A stretch of DNA of 59,462 nucleotides from a virus: the UHGV virus genome UHGV-1364420; one strand, written 5' to 3'. The notes beneath the pieces were generated by a model. That model ran no database searches. It was not told the DNA's origin and saw only the letters and a list, made by a program, of their open reading frames with translations. The stretch's first letter is position 1; each line of letters opens with the position of its first letter. Shown one piece after another: positions 8,683 to 18,055 of the stretch. The position numbers and the translations under genes are program-made.

Positions 8683-8974
8683 CTTTTATTTCTTGATATA
8701 AAGCGTTAAACGCATCAAAGATTTTATTGGCTTTTAAAATCTGAAACGTAAAACGATCAGCAGGCGTAACAACCTGACCCAAAGAAATCATAGCAGATAA
8801 TTTGCTGTAATACTCGCAAAGTTTGATGATTTCTGACATCAAAAAGTAATCTAATAAATCAGCTCCGCGAGTCATTTCAAGCTTGATGGTTGCTTTTTCA
8901 AACTCCATTCCCGGAGTCCAACCAACCATGAGTTCTTCTGCCCGTAAGAACGCTATTTTTTCGGAATCTGTCAT
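8666..8974 (-). CDS. Hypothetical protein
   Basis: 102 aa ORF in the early block. Confidence 0.35.
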   Translation of the reverse strand: MTDSEKIAFLRAEELMVGWTPGMEFEKATIKLEMTRGADLLDYFLMSEIIKLCEYYSKLSAMISLGQVVTPADRFTFQILKANKIFDAFNALYQEIKGENHE

Positions 8975-8976
8975 AG

Positions 8977-9447
8977 TTATCCTTCCTTTCTGACTATTTC
9001 ACAGGCTTCGCCCCACATGCGATCGCCGTATTTGTCGCGGCAGCTACGGGAGAAATACCCGTCACCTACTAAGTAGTTAGTACCTTCGTTATACGGGTAC
9101 TTGCCCAGCGCTTTCCGCGCATCGTCCAGGCACTTACTGCTAGGCTGGCGCTTAGTGTTATTTTGTTTCGGGAGCTCTTTCGGCTCATGGATTATATTGG
9201 CTTCGTCTGCAATTACATTAACCTTAGGCGCGTTCCAGGTCCACGGAACTTCAACGGAGTTCTTAAAACCTTGTTCTACAGACTCACGGATACCTCCTGC
9301 GAGAAGAACGATGTGCATTTGCTCACGAGGGTTAAGATTCTCAGTCTTAGAAAGCTCCATGAACCAGTCATAGGCTTTATCTAAGCCATCTTCTCTAACT
9401 TTTGTCATCAGCTGGTAAGCAGTGGCATTACAAAGTATCTTTCTCAT
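8977..9447 (-). CDS. Hypothetical protein
   Basis: 156 aa ORF. ATGA overlap with the upstream gene. Confidence 0.4.
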   Translation of the reverse strand: MRKILCNATAYQLMTKVREDGLDKAYDWFMELSKTENLNPREQMHIVLLAGGIRESVEQGFKNSVEVPWTWNAPKVNVIADEANIIHEPKELPKQNNTKRQPSSKCLDDARKALGKYPYNEGTNYLVGDGYFSRSCRDKYGDRMWGEACEIVRKEG

Positions 9448-9686
9448 TATTTTGCCTCCAAGATTCTCTGATAGAGCTCTTTATTCTCTACAGCTTTCTT
9501 AATGCTCTGAACAACCTCTTCAGGTAAGAACTCTAAAGGTATCTTTTCATTTTTCACACAATATTCGACAAAGCAGCGAATAGCTGCCGCTGGAAATACT
9601 TCTAAATTAGAACAAAGAAGCTTAAAGTTTTCATAATCTTCATCCTCTACTCGTGAAACAAAACCTTTCTTAGCCATTAGAGCCAT
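9447..9686 (-). CDS. Hypothetical protein
   Basis: 79 aa ORF. Confidence 0.35.
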   Translation of the reverse strand: MALMAKKGFVSRVEDEDYENFKLLCSNLEVFPAAAIRCFVEYCVKNEKIPLEFLPEEVVQSIKKAVENKELYQRILEAK

Positions 9687-9761
9687 CCTCCGAAATAGAA
9701 TCTGTAGTGCGCTGCCAGGAATAAAGCAATCAGTGTAACCACAATACAGGTTAGCATTAGC

Positions 9762-10130
9762 TCACCCGTAAAGAAATTCTACGATCTTGCTAAAGGGATA
9801 AACTACGACACTGATTATCAGGTAAATCAAACCACCCATTAAACCAATAGCGCCCACTAAACCGAACCACGCCAATACCAGCTTAATAGCGGACAGGAAT
9901 ACTTTTACCTGTTTGGGCTGAGGAGGTGTTGCAAGGTTCTTAGCGGCATCGTAAAGATGTTTGATAAATACGCTAGAACCATTTCTGTCCATTATTGTCA
10001 AAACTATTACACCGTTAATACGATGTACCGAAATTTCGTAGTCATACTGACCTAACAGTTTTACGAAAGAATCATAGACGTGTTTCTCTTCCATAGGGAA
10101 ACGATATTCAATTGCAACCACGTTAGACAT
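9762..10130 (-). CDS. Membrane protein with C-terminal TM helices
   Basis: 122 aa. C-terminal hydrophobic stretch LVLAWFGLVGAIGLMGGLIYLIISVVVY. GGAG RBS. Confidence 0.4.
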   Translation of the reverse strand: MSNVVAIEYRFPMEEKHVYDSFVKLLGQYDYEISVHRINGVIVLTIMDRNGSSVFIKHLYDAAKNLATPPQPKQVKVFLSAIKLVLAWFGLVGAIGLMGGLIYLIISVVVYPFSKIVEFLYG

Positions 10131-10575
10131 TGTATTCTCCGGATGGGTTAGCTTTCTTTAGCTTGTATGGTGAGTATACAGGAGGAATATAGATCAGGCT
10201 AGATTTAGATTTAAAAATACCTATATACAGACTGAATTATTTTAAAGTGAAAAACAGGAACAGGGTCAGGTGTACGTCTGGCACCTATTACATAACATGA
10301 CAGTTGATATTTTAGGACAAGGATACTATCAGGATAGGGAGGCCCCACCCGGTGATAATAAGCCAGATAATGATGGCGTCGGGTATAGTCACCTAAGGGA
10401 ACAGTGAGGCTGCTTCTGTGTCACAACCTCACTATCTCTTCGCGTTACCGTTTCTTTTTGTTTTTATTTGCGAGCTCAGAGTTCTCTAGCGCCATTGTTA
10501 CCCTTGCAACCATGAGCCCGATCGGTAGCGTGCATACTATCGCACCCGTAAGAGTGAGCAGACTAAATAGTAAGC

Positions 10576-10842
10576 TCATAGTTCCTCCGCTATGAATATG
10601 ATGCTCTTTCCGTCAGGCATAGTACCGCTTGCAACTATATCCCACTTAATACCTGCCAACATCGTATCAGTGTCCAGGTTCATTTCTCGAATGCAAGCAT
10701 TCGCTGCGAAACGGGCGTTCGCGCTATCGGTAAGATGCGGGTTATAGTCGGTGGTAACATGAGCCACATCAGACTTCGCAATGTAACGTTTACCTTTGGT
10801 AGCAGTTGCCGGAGCGAAGGTCACCTGGATAACTTTACCCAT
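10576..10842 (-). CDS. Hypothetical protein
   Basis: 88 aa ORF. Confidence 0.35.
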   Translation of the reverse strand: MGKVIQVTFAPATATKGKRYIAKSDVAHVTTDYNPHLTDSANARFAANACIREMNLDTDTMLAGIKWDIVASGTMPDGKSIIFIAEEL

Positions 10843-11156
10843 TATTTAGTCTCCTTCCATACCTTGGCATATTCCCATAACCCCAGCCAGCTCTGTTCCT
10901 GGTCCTCCGTATGCCACAGCTTATTGCGGTTGTGATATTCAGTGATCCACTTTACATCGCTATCACGGAGACTACCGAAGCCGATATAGTTAACAACGAT
11001 ATCATTCAACTTCGCAGTATCTTTAACATTGTCGCAGATTTTGCTTATATCTTTTTCTACTATCATTTGCTGATTGTTATGCTGCGCGATACGATTAACG
11101 CATAACGCAAAAGCGATACGGAATGAACTATCAGTCGGGAAATAAGTGCGATTCAT
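10842..11156 (-). CDS. Hypothetical protein
   Basis: 104 aa ORF abutting the downstream gene. Confidence 0.35.
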   Translation of the reverse strand: MNRTYFPTDSSFRIAFALCVNRIAQHNNQQMIVEKDISKICDNVKDTAKLNDIVVNYIGFGSLRDSDVKWITEYHNRNKLWHTEDQEQSWLGLWEYAKVWKETK

Positions 11157-11221
11157 ATTATATTCCTTTTATTAGTGAGTAGACTTATTATTGCCCACCT
11201 TACGATGGGCAAGGTATAAAT

Positions 11222-11944
11222 TTACTTCTTATCGTTAGCCCAACCGTTGTACGCGCGGCAGGCGTAATACTGGATGCCTGCTGTGGTTTTGTTAAAATCA
11301 GGGTACATACGGCAGAGCTCTTCATGAACTTCTTTCAGGCTCGGAACACGACCCGTTTGCTCGTTCATGCGTTCGGTAGTCTCCCATACCAGTAAAGTCT
11401 TGCCGCGGAGTGGGCGGCGCGCGCCGTTAACCACATTGCACCGGGTCTGCGCTTTCGGTTCTGCTTCATTCAGCTTTTCATGAATTTCCAGCTGGCGGCG
11501 CTGGCTGCGCTCTTTAGCATTTTCTTTCTTGCTTTCTTCCAGCTTGCTCGGCTTTTGTAATTTCTCCCGGCCCCAGGGTTCCATACCAGCATAGGCGTTA
11601 CCTTCGCGGCCGATGAACTTACCGTTAGCCAGGGGCTCTTTCGCATCTTTGTGAGCCTGCTCAGATAGCGCCGCGTTTACCGCTTCCAGCGCCTTGCCGT
11701 CCGTAACGCTACCCGCAGGAACCCGCTGGGATAGTGCATCCGCATCCGCTTCGCTAATGAAGCCCAGGGCGAGGTTTAAGGAAGTGTTGTTTACAGTGAA
11801 ACCTTCCGCCTGCGGCCATACGTGTTGCGCGGCGTCGTCGGTGGACAGCACTTTCCAGCCCTTGTTGGTCGCGGTCATGCGGATCGCGTTAACAGCCATA
11901 GCTTTGGTTTTGTAGATCTTAGTCAGTTCGTACATAGTATTCAC
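11222..11944 (-). CDS. Hypothetical protein
   Basis: 240 aa ORF with a charged central region. No motif recognised. Confidence 0.45.
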   Translation of the reverse strand: MNTMYELTKIYKTKAMAVNAIRMTATNKGWKVLSTDDAAQHVWPQAEGFTVNNTSLNLALGFISEADADALSQRVPAGSVTDGKALEAVNAALSEQAHKDAKEPLANGKFIGREGNAYAGMEPWGREKLQKPSKLEESKKENAKERSQRRQLEIHEKLNEAEPKAQTRCNVVNGARRPLRGKTLLVWETTERMNEQTGRVPSLKEVHEELCRMYPDFNKTTAGIQYYACRAYNGWANDKK

Positions 11945-11996
11945 CTTTTCTTAATTTTGTTATGAAGTGGGAGTCGCTTTCTCCCGATGTAATTAG

Positions 11997-12272
11997 TTAG
12001 CGAATGATAACCGAGCTGCCAGAGCCGTCCGGCGTAGCGTCCATGAACTCATAAGCTGGTGCTCCGTCCACGTCGCCGACAATTTTATAGTCTCTACCTG
12101 CTTCTTCGCTTATGCGAGCGATATGCTCGCGAATAGCGCGGATGTGGTTCAAATCAACGTTTAGCGAATAATCCCAATTAAAATACGTTGTTCTTTTCCA
12201 GCTTTTAACTTGAACGCGAGTACCTTTTGTGTTAGTTGCTGCGATTACTTTACTAACGATTAAAAATGCCAT
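11997..12272 (-). CDS. Hypothetical protein. As drawn here it starts at ATG 12272 after AACGGAG. The track ORF extends to 12383 through the duplicated segment.
   Basis: 89 aa from MAFLIVSKV. The upstream 37 codons are open in the same frame up to the 23-bp tandem duplication (see findings). Confidence 0.4.
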   Translation of the reverse strand: MAFLIVSKVIAATNTKGTRVQVKSWKRTTYFNWDYSLNVDLNHIRAIREHIARISEEAGRDYKIVGDVDGAPAYEFMDATPDGSGSSVIIR

Positions 12273-12343
12273 TTTGTTTACTCCGTTTGTTTGTGATGTA
12301 AGTAGTATCTGATAAACTACGATGCTTGGTGTGGCCTTTTGTG

Positions 12344-12688
12344 CTATTCTGATAAATAAATAACCGATCGGTTCCAGAAACATGTCGACGCGGGCGCGGA
12401 AAACATGTCGACGCGGGCGCGGATATGTGCGAGCGCTTCGTCGTAAGTTAAGAACTCATCGGTGTTTTCGTAGTCGCGTTCGGCCTGTTTCTGATCTACG
12501 AATTCGTGAACTGTGAAATTATATCCTTTTGAAGGACAGATATTCAAAGTTACAATATAGCCCAGACCAACATCTTTATGATCGAAGCAAACGGTGTCGA
12601 TTTCATTAGCTTCAGCGGACCAGGTTTCTGGCAGCTTAATGTTCAGATGTTCCAGAACTTCGTTAGCGCTTAAATTTACACTTTGCAT
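12344..12688 (-). CDS. Hypothetical protein. Its C-terminus is encoded by a perfect 23-bp tandem duplication.
   Basis: 114 aa ORF. Its last about 20 codons span the two repeat copies at 12378-12423. Confidence 0.4.
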   Translation of the reverse strand: MQSVNLSANEVLEHLNIKLPETWSAEANEIDTVCFDHKDVGLGYIVTLNICPSKGYNFTVHEFVDQKQAERDYENTDEFLTYDEALAHIRARVDMFSAPASTCFWNRSVIYLSE

Positions 12689-13175
12689 CTTGTTTACTCC
12701 GGTTCGTTGTCGTTGAAGTAATAATAGCCAGGCCGCATGATGTTGGTGTGGCCAAACGTGCTATTTATGAAGTGTTTTCAATCGCTATCAGTTTATAAAG
12801 CAACTGCGCGCGTTTAGCATAGATTGCAACAAAAGTCAGTGGCAGGAAGTGCTATCAGTTAGTTGCCATGGTGAACTATTAACCGATCATAGTATAATGC
12901 TTGCAACGAATATACAGCGCCGACAGACTGGCTAACTATTCGCAAGCTCTTTAATAACCAACTGATTGTTAGCAGACGACTGATATACCAGTAGCTGGCT
13001 AATAATATCCTGACGCTCCTCATGATGAGCCACCTATCGTTAGCCAACTCATCTATTGAAGCGGATAGATCTGCTTCTGCCAACAAAAAGCCCCGCGATT
13101 CTTACTATACGCCAGGCTTCTACAAAATTTGAAATTGACAGGAACATTTCCAGGCCCGTCCTGGGCCAGTATTTC

Positions 13176-13484
13176 CTACGCCATCCCGCCTTTCAGCGCC
13201 AGCAGAGACACCAGTTCGCCGTCGCTCTCGCGCACCTGGTAGCGAGCGGTAAGCTGTCCGCCTGTAGAACCGATAGCCCACTTCCAGTCGCGGCTGCCAT
13301 CTTCGAGTTGATCGAGCCATTTCTTCATGGTTACTTCAATCGGCTCGCCATAAGTGCCTTCAGCCGACGGCAAGTAGAGCTCGATCTGACGATACAAAGG
13401 TTTACCCTTCTCGTCGAAGTCGTATTGCACGAAAAATTTGCCGCCAGCCGACAGATATTGTTCGCTCATACCTTCAATTTTCAT
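13176..13484 (-). CDS. Hypothetical protein; first gene of the minus-strand early block
   Basis: 102 aa. AGGAG RBS upstream of ATG 13484. Confidence 0.45.
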   Translation of the reverse strand: MKIEGMSEQYLSAGGKFFVQYDFDEKGKPLYRQIELYLPSAEGTYGEPIEVTMKKWLDQLEDGSRDWKWAIGSTGGQLTARYQVRESDGELVSLLALKGGMA

Positions 13485-13662
13485 TCTATAGCACTCCTAT
13501 TCTGATTTTTCAGCTTTCTGCTGTTATGTGAAGTCGATTTCTGTAACCACATTACGTCAACGCGCTTATCTATCGCCCTTAGGACCTCGAATCTTCAGCG
13601 GCTTTGGCAATATAAGTATTCTAGCGCAGAAACGAACTCAAAACAAGTCATAAATAAGAAAC

Positions 13663-13697
13663 GAAAATCAAAATCTGAAAATCTAAAATCCAAATTT
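13663..13697. repeat. Four phased AAAATCN heptamer repeats (A-tracts) in the divergent control region
   Basis: gaaaatcaaaatctgaaaatctaaaatccaaattt. Confidence 0.5.
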
Positions 13698-13712
13698 GTC
13701 AAATTGAAATAT

Positions 13713-13740
13713 TGCTGGTCAGGTATATGCTGGTCAGGTA
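13713..13740. repeat. 13-bp direct repeat TGCTGGTCAGGTA, two copies separated by 2 nt
   Basis: tgctggtcaggta ta tgctggtcaggta, read directly. Confidence 0.6.
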
Positions 13741-13994
13741 GTTGAGTGACCACTTTCTTACCGCATTATTCGTCTCTAGAAAGAAGAAAATTCTACTAGA
13801 TTTGTACTTTAATGAACTTTATAGCCCAGAAAGCAGAGAAAACCCAGTAAATACGTATATTCATCTATATATTACTTACTACTTTACTACTTTTTTACTG
13901 AATTCAAAAAAACTCTCCTTGAAAATTATTTTTAATTAAGGTGAATTTTCCAGGGTACTTATAGCAAAAGCAGAAAGTACGAAAGCACGCTTAT

Positions 13995-14167
13995 CCTTAA
14001 TAATTTTTCACAAGTTGTTCCTTTGCTAGTGCCACAAGGGATTAAAGCATAATTTAATAATTTTTCAGTAAATCTCATTTAACTTAAAATAATTTCGCTT
14101 TCTTTAAAAATAATTCCTCTACCCTCCTTAATAATTTTTCAGTAGCAATTTCCTTAATAATTTTTAA
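13995..14167. repeat. Four copies of an iteron-like 16-17 bp motif CCTTAATAATTTTTCAG, upstream of the plus-strand early promoter
   Basis: Copies at 13995-14010, 14053-14068 (TTTAATAATTTTTCAG), 14125-14141 and 14152-14167 (…TTTTAAG). AAAATAATT half-motifs lie nearby. Confidence 0.6.
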
Positions 14168-14205
14168 GTAAAGTAACTATCGAATTTAAAATTCTTAAAT
14201 AACTC

Positions 14206-14235
14206 TTGTGATCTCTATTGACTTCAACTTACAAT
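14206..14235 (+). promoter_or_regulatory. Putative sigma70-type early promoter for the plus-strand block
   Basis: TTGTGA, an 18-nt spacer, then TACAAT, about 30 nt upstream of the first plus-strand ORF, which has an AAGAGGAAG RBS. Confidence 0.3.
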
Positions 14236-14264
14236 ATGGCTAACGCATATAAGAGGAAGCGACA

Positions 14265-14822
14265 ATGTTTTTCACGCATCTACCTGAAATGCCGGAAGGA
14301 ATGAATCCGGAGCAAATAACGCAAGCAAACGAATGGCTTCAATCCAATGTGGATAGCGAAATGTGGACAAGCGCGGAAGTCTGCAAACACTTTAAATTTT
14401 CAGGCGCCCGCCTTAATCAGTTGAACAAAGAGCACGTGATTCCAGGTCATATCAAGTTTGGTGCTACGCACGTTTATCTGATGCGCTTTGCTGGCCCGTG
14501 GTTTGCCGCGTATAAAAAGCGCGCTGACGTGCGTAAAGTAAAAGTCGAAGCACCGAATAAAAAATCCGGTCGCCCTAAAAAGGTCAAAGGTGAGTACGAA
14601 TATACGCTGTGGGGTAGTGTCTATAAGACCTCTAACGAGCCTCGTGAAGAGATGTTAAACTGGAAAGGATATATTGCCGCTCAGTACCCGCAATTCTATG
14701 ATGGCGGGGATTTTAAGAAAGTGATCGGCGAATTGATTAAGGACCAACCTCCGGAACTCAAGAACGCATTAAAGGAGATTGATCATGTGTTCCGCAAAAT
14801 CATAGCAGAGCGTGCTAAATGA
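14265..14822 (+). CDS. Hypothetical early protein with a basic AT-hook-like segment (KKSGRPKKVKG)
   Basis: 185 aa. First gene of the plus-strand block, with a strong RBS. Confidence 0.45.
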   Translation: MFFTHLPEMPEGMNPEQITQANEWLQSNVDSEMWTSAEVCKHFKFSGARLNQLNKEHVIPGHIKFGATHVYLMRFAGPWFAAYKKRADVRKVKVEAPNKKSGRPKKVKGEYEYTLWGSVYKTSNEPREEMLNWKGYIAAQYPQFYDGGDFKKVIGELIKDQPPELKNALKEIDHVFRKIIAERAK

Positions 14823-15049
14823 TAGACATGGGATCGGAGTTAAAACAAGTACGCGAGCAAATATGGAAGATTAGATATTACATTGGGCTGGATAAGTTCG
14901 TTACCGCGAAAGCGCTTATCCTGTTTCCTTCAAGCGCGTGTGATACCATAGCGCGTTTCAGCAATCACTTGCCGTTGGCTCAGTTAAAAGAGTTGAACGA
15001 GCTCTCCCACCAGTGCATAGACATATTGAGGTATTTAGATGAGCAGTGA
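14819..15049 (+). CDS. Hypothetical protein
   Basis: 76 aa. ATGA overlap with the upstream gene. Confidence 0.35.
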   Translation: MIDMGSELKQVREQIWKIRYYIGLDKFVTAKALILFPSSACDTIARFSNHLPLAQLKELNELSHQCIDILRYLDEQ

Positions 15050-15320
15050 TCCGATTCAGCAAGGCTATATGGCCTACATTAACGGCGAGTGTGAAGATTC
15101 AAATCCCTACAATGTTAATCTCGACAGCGACCGGTACTTTGACTGGCTGGACGGCTACGCCGACGCGCGAGCTGATACCGCCCGGCGTGTGAAGCGCTCT
15201 CTGAAGATTGAAGAGCTTAAATTAAAGGCACGAAACAGGCTTATAAATATTCTGATCTCTATGGTATTTGTTGCAGCCTGCTTTATAATAGGTACATTGC
15301 TTAGATACTTAATAGGGTAG
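15039..15320 (+). CDS. Hypothetical protein with a C-terminal TM helix
   Basis: 93 aa. C-terminal LINILISMVFVAACFIIGTLL. Confidence 0.35.
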   Translation: MSSDPIQQGYMAYINGECEDSNPYNVNLDSDRYFDWLDGYADARADTARRVKRSLKIEELKLKARNRLINILISMVFVAACFIIGTLLRYLIG

Positions 15321-15325
15321 ATGTT

Positions 15326-15562
15326 ATGGAACGTATAATGTGCGTTGTCAAAAATCGGAAAACTGGTAAATACCTCCGCGTCGTTACTCGCGTCAAAAAT
15401 GGTAAAACTGTACATGACGCTTCTTGGGTTGACGATATCACTTATGCTAACCGGACACCAGGTATTAAAGCGGCTGAAATTATGTTTATGTGTGTTGCTA
15501 AAGACCTGAAAGAAGACACCTGCGAAATTGTAGAAGTTGTCGTATCCGTGAGAGAAAGGTAA
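15326..15562 (+). CDS. Hypothetical protein
   Basis: 78 aa ORF. Confidence 0.35.
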   Translation: MERIMCVVKNRKTGKYLRVVTRVKNGKTVHDASWVDDITYANRTPGIKAAEIMFMCVAKDLKEDTCEIVEVVVSVRER

Positions 15563-15569
15563 CCACATT

Positions 15570-15920
15570 ATGCTGAACTTTCATTTAGATCTCCAATCAC
15601 CTCTTTTTACGAATCTCCAGAAATTTGATAATATTTTTGTGGATTGTCGTCTAAAAAGAATACCGTTCATGAAAGCGAAGGAAATTGTCCGTTCTGAATT
15701 TTCACACCTTACGGATGATCAGTTTTTTGAGATTCATTATGAATGGCAAGAGCTCTTAACTGCCCGGAATTGTAAACCGCGCCATCCTTACTGGGATATA
15801 ACTGAATCTGGTAGCAATAAAGTCCGGGATATGCTAATCGCCCGTTCAGAGTCGGACTTCGCCAAGAACCCATATTTCATCCAGTTCATGGGCCGCGGTA
15901 TGCGCAAGGGTAAAGAATGA
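15570..15920 (+). CDS. Hypothetical protein
   Basis: 116 aa ORF. Confidence 0.35.
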   Translation: MLNFHLDLQSPLFTNLQKFDNIFVDCRLKRIPFMKAKEIVRSEFSHLTDDQFFEIHYEWQELLTARNCKPRHPYWDITESGSNKVRDMLIARSESDFAKNPYFIQFMGRGMRKGKE

Positions 15921-16450
15921 ATAAGAAAAAGAAAATACCTTGGGTTGACGAATCTAATATGACTCCGGCCCAAGTAGAAGAGTCGCGCTGGCAGCGCTTT
16001 CAGCAGGAGAAAGCCAAGAAACGTATGAAGCATGACCGCGGACTGCCTGCAAATTGCCAAGGTTGTTCTGTTGGTATGCGTTGGACGCCTGTTGAAGTTT
16101 ATAACCTTGTTAGCTTTGTTATAAGCGAAACAAAAGGCAAACGTAATACTCAGCTCATGATGGTAGACCTTTGTATGAAGTTTAACAGAACTTCCAGTGG
16201 TATTTTAGGTAAGCTTCGGGAAGTCGGTATGCTGCGCTTCACAGAGTTTACCTATAAACCTTGCCCGGGCATTGGTATTAGAAAGCTTATTAATCTTTCC
16301 ATGAAGATGGATGATGTAGTAACTTTGCTAATCAAAAATGGTTGGAAGCGGACTCGCGGGGGAACTTTACTATGCCCTGAGTGGTGGTTGCACGTCAAAA
16401 TTAGTAGCAGGGGAATGAATGATGGTAAAGATATATGCTGGGATTGGTAG
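15917..16450 (+). CDS. Hypothetical protein
   Basis: 177 aa. ATGA overlap. Confidence 0.4.
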   Translation: MNKKKKIPWVDESNMTPAQVEESRWQRFQQEKAKKRMKHDRGLPANCQGCSVGMRWTPVEVYNLVSFVISETKGKRNTQLMMVDLCMKFNRTSSGILGKLREVGMLRFTEFTYKPCPGIGIRKLINLSMKMDDVVTLLIKNGWKRTRGGTLLCPEWWLHVKISSRGMNDGKDICWDW

Positions 16451-17000
16451 CCGCAAAACGCCCTCTGAAGTATGTGCTGTATTTGCTAGCTTAGCCGGGC
16501 GCTTAGGGCAAGCTGGTTGGACGTTGCGGAGCGGACGCGCACAAGGTGCCGATAGCGCTTTTGAGTATGGTGCGAGAGCTGTCCAAGGTTCTTGCGAAAT
16601 CTTCCTGCCTAACAAGCATAACTATATGAGCATGGAACAGATTACACAGGAGAATCCTGAACCTTGGAAACAAACCAGCTACTTAGACGAAGTGACTGGT
16701 TCTGTTCTAGGTTGTAAGATAATTGCGCGTCTGTTACACCCTAACGGAAAGAACTTATCACCACATGCACTTGAACTTCATGCGCGTAACACTTACCAAA
16801 TCATAGGCCAGGATTTAAACACACCTGTTCAATTTGTTATTTGCTGGACAGAGGGCGGTCGTGGTGAAGGTGGTACTGGTCAGGCTTTACGTCTTGCCAA
16901 GATGCTTAATATCCCTATACTAGATTTTGGTGTCTATGATACCCAAGAAGGTTGGTATCATATGGCTGACTATATTTGTTCAATGTACGGAGCAAAATAA
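16422..17000 (+). CDS. DprA/Smf-like Rossmann-fold protein (SLOG superfamily)
   Basis: IYAGIGSRKTPSEV ... AGWTLRSGRAQGADSAFEYGA parallels the DprA blocks VGTRNPSHYG ... SGWTIVSGLARGIDAAAHKAA. Confidence 0.5.
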   Translation: MVKIYAGIGSRKTPSEVCAVFASLAGRLGQAGWTLRSGRAQGADSAFEYGARAVQGSCEIFLPNKHNYMSMEQITQENPEPWKQTSYLDEVTGSVLGCKIIARLLHPNGKNLSPHALELHARNTYQIIGQDLNTPVQFVICWTEGGRGEGGTGQALRLAKMLNIPILDFGVYDTQEGWYHMADYICSMYGAK

Positions 17001-17449
17001 TGGAACGTGAAGAACGCTATGTGGTTTTGAAGATCAAAGATATCGAACACTTTCTCAGCACCTCTCAGAAAGATGATTTACATGATATCCGCGGAACTAT
17101 TGACGCATACCGCCGCATGACTAAGAAAGGCGAATTGAAAGCGGTTGTAGTAGAGTCCGACTGGCCGGAATACGAGCGCGTCTGGAAGATGATTGAAGCT
17201 CGTGTTGATGGGCACATTGAAGAAGATATCATGACACTTCGCCGTAAAGCTGAACTCTTCGATATGATTCGTAATCTTATGGGTTATATTGAAAACGGCA
17301 CTGATACGAGCGTTACCCTTTTTCAGGATGATACTACGCGGGGTTTTACCGTCGCTATTGGGCGCAGTCACCAGCGTAAGGGCGAATCTGCTCCAAGCCT
17401 TGAAGCTGCTATTCGTAAAATGTACGATAAATACGGAGATAAAGAATAA
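17000..17449 (+). CDS. Hypothetical protein
   Basis: Start ATG at 17000 in a TAATG overlap, with GGAG upstream. 149 aa. Confidence 0.4.
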   Translation: MEREERYVVLKIKDIEHFLSTSQKDDLHDIRGTIDAYRRMTKKGELKAVVVESDWPEYERVWKMIEARVDGHIEEDIMTLRRKAELFDMIRNLMGYIENGTDTSVTLFQDDTTRGFTVAIGRSHQRKGESAPSLEAAIRKMYDKYGDKE

Positions 17450-17997
17450 TGTCATTCTTTCCAGTTCAAACTTCAGTTGTAAGCGTTGTATACGAAAAAG
17501 ATGCGTTAGGTGAAGCCTATACTTTCAAATTCGCGACGCCAGGTGTACCTGATCTCGTTCTCCGTCCTGCAATGCTGCGGGGCGACAGCGGCTGGGATAC
17601 TAGCCCTTACTTCGACAAGGCTGTTGGTATTGCTCAGAGCAAGAACGCTAAAGATGCCGTAGCAAAAGCAGTCACTACTGCTGCGGATGCTGTCCAAGCA
17701 GCATACAATATTAAACTTTCAGGGCAACCTTTGATGAAAGAGGAATTCAATTCCCTTATTCAAGATTGCCAGAGAGAAGTGAGGCAGCAACTACGCGAAC
17801 AAAAGTCACGCGATCATTACATGCTAGTTCAAGAAATTTCTGATCGCCAGGGTAACTACAGGCATCGGGTTTTCGTAACGCTCAATAAAAACCAGAGAAT
17901 GGATCAAAAGCTGATCGAAAAACACGAAGATATAACGTGTCAAAAACTCAACCTATGGAAAGGTAGAGCCACAACCGTAGGTGTTTACAAGTTGTAA
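17449..17997 (+). CDS. Hypothetical protein
   Basis: 182 aa. TAATG overlap with the upstream gene. Confidence 0.4.
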   Translation: MSFFPVQTSVVSVVYEKDALGEAYTFKFATPGVPDLVLRPAMLRGDSGWDTSPYFDKAVGIAQSKNAKDAVAKAVTTAADAVQAAYNIKLSGQPLMKEEFNSLIQDCQREVRQQLREQKSRDHYMLVQEISDRQGNYRHRVFVTLNKNQRMDQKLIEKHEDITCQKLNLWKGRATTVGVYKL

Positions 17998-18055
17998 TGA
18001 TTCGTTATTGGGCGCTAATATAGGCGCCCTAACTACGTCCAAGGACAGCCGCCCG

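Noticed and set aside
13056-13505. 149-aa plus-strand ORF and a 66-aa minus-strand ORF overlapping the first minus-strand early gene
   Set aside because: The minus-strand 102-aa gene has an AGGAG RBS. The others are antisense or alternate frames without start context.
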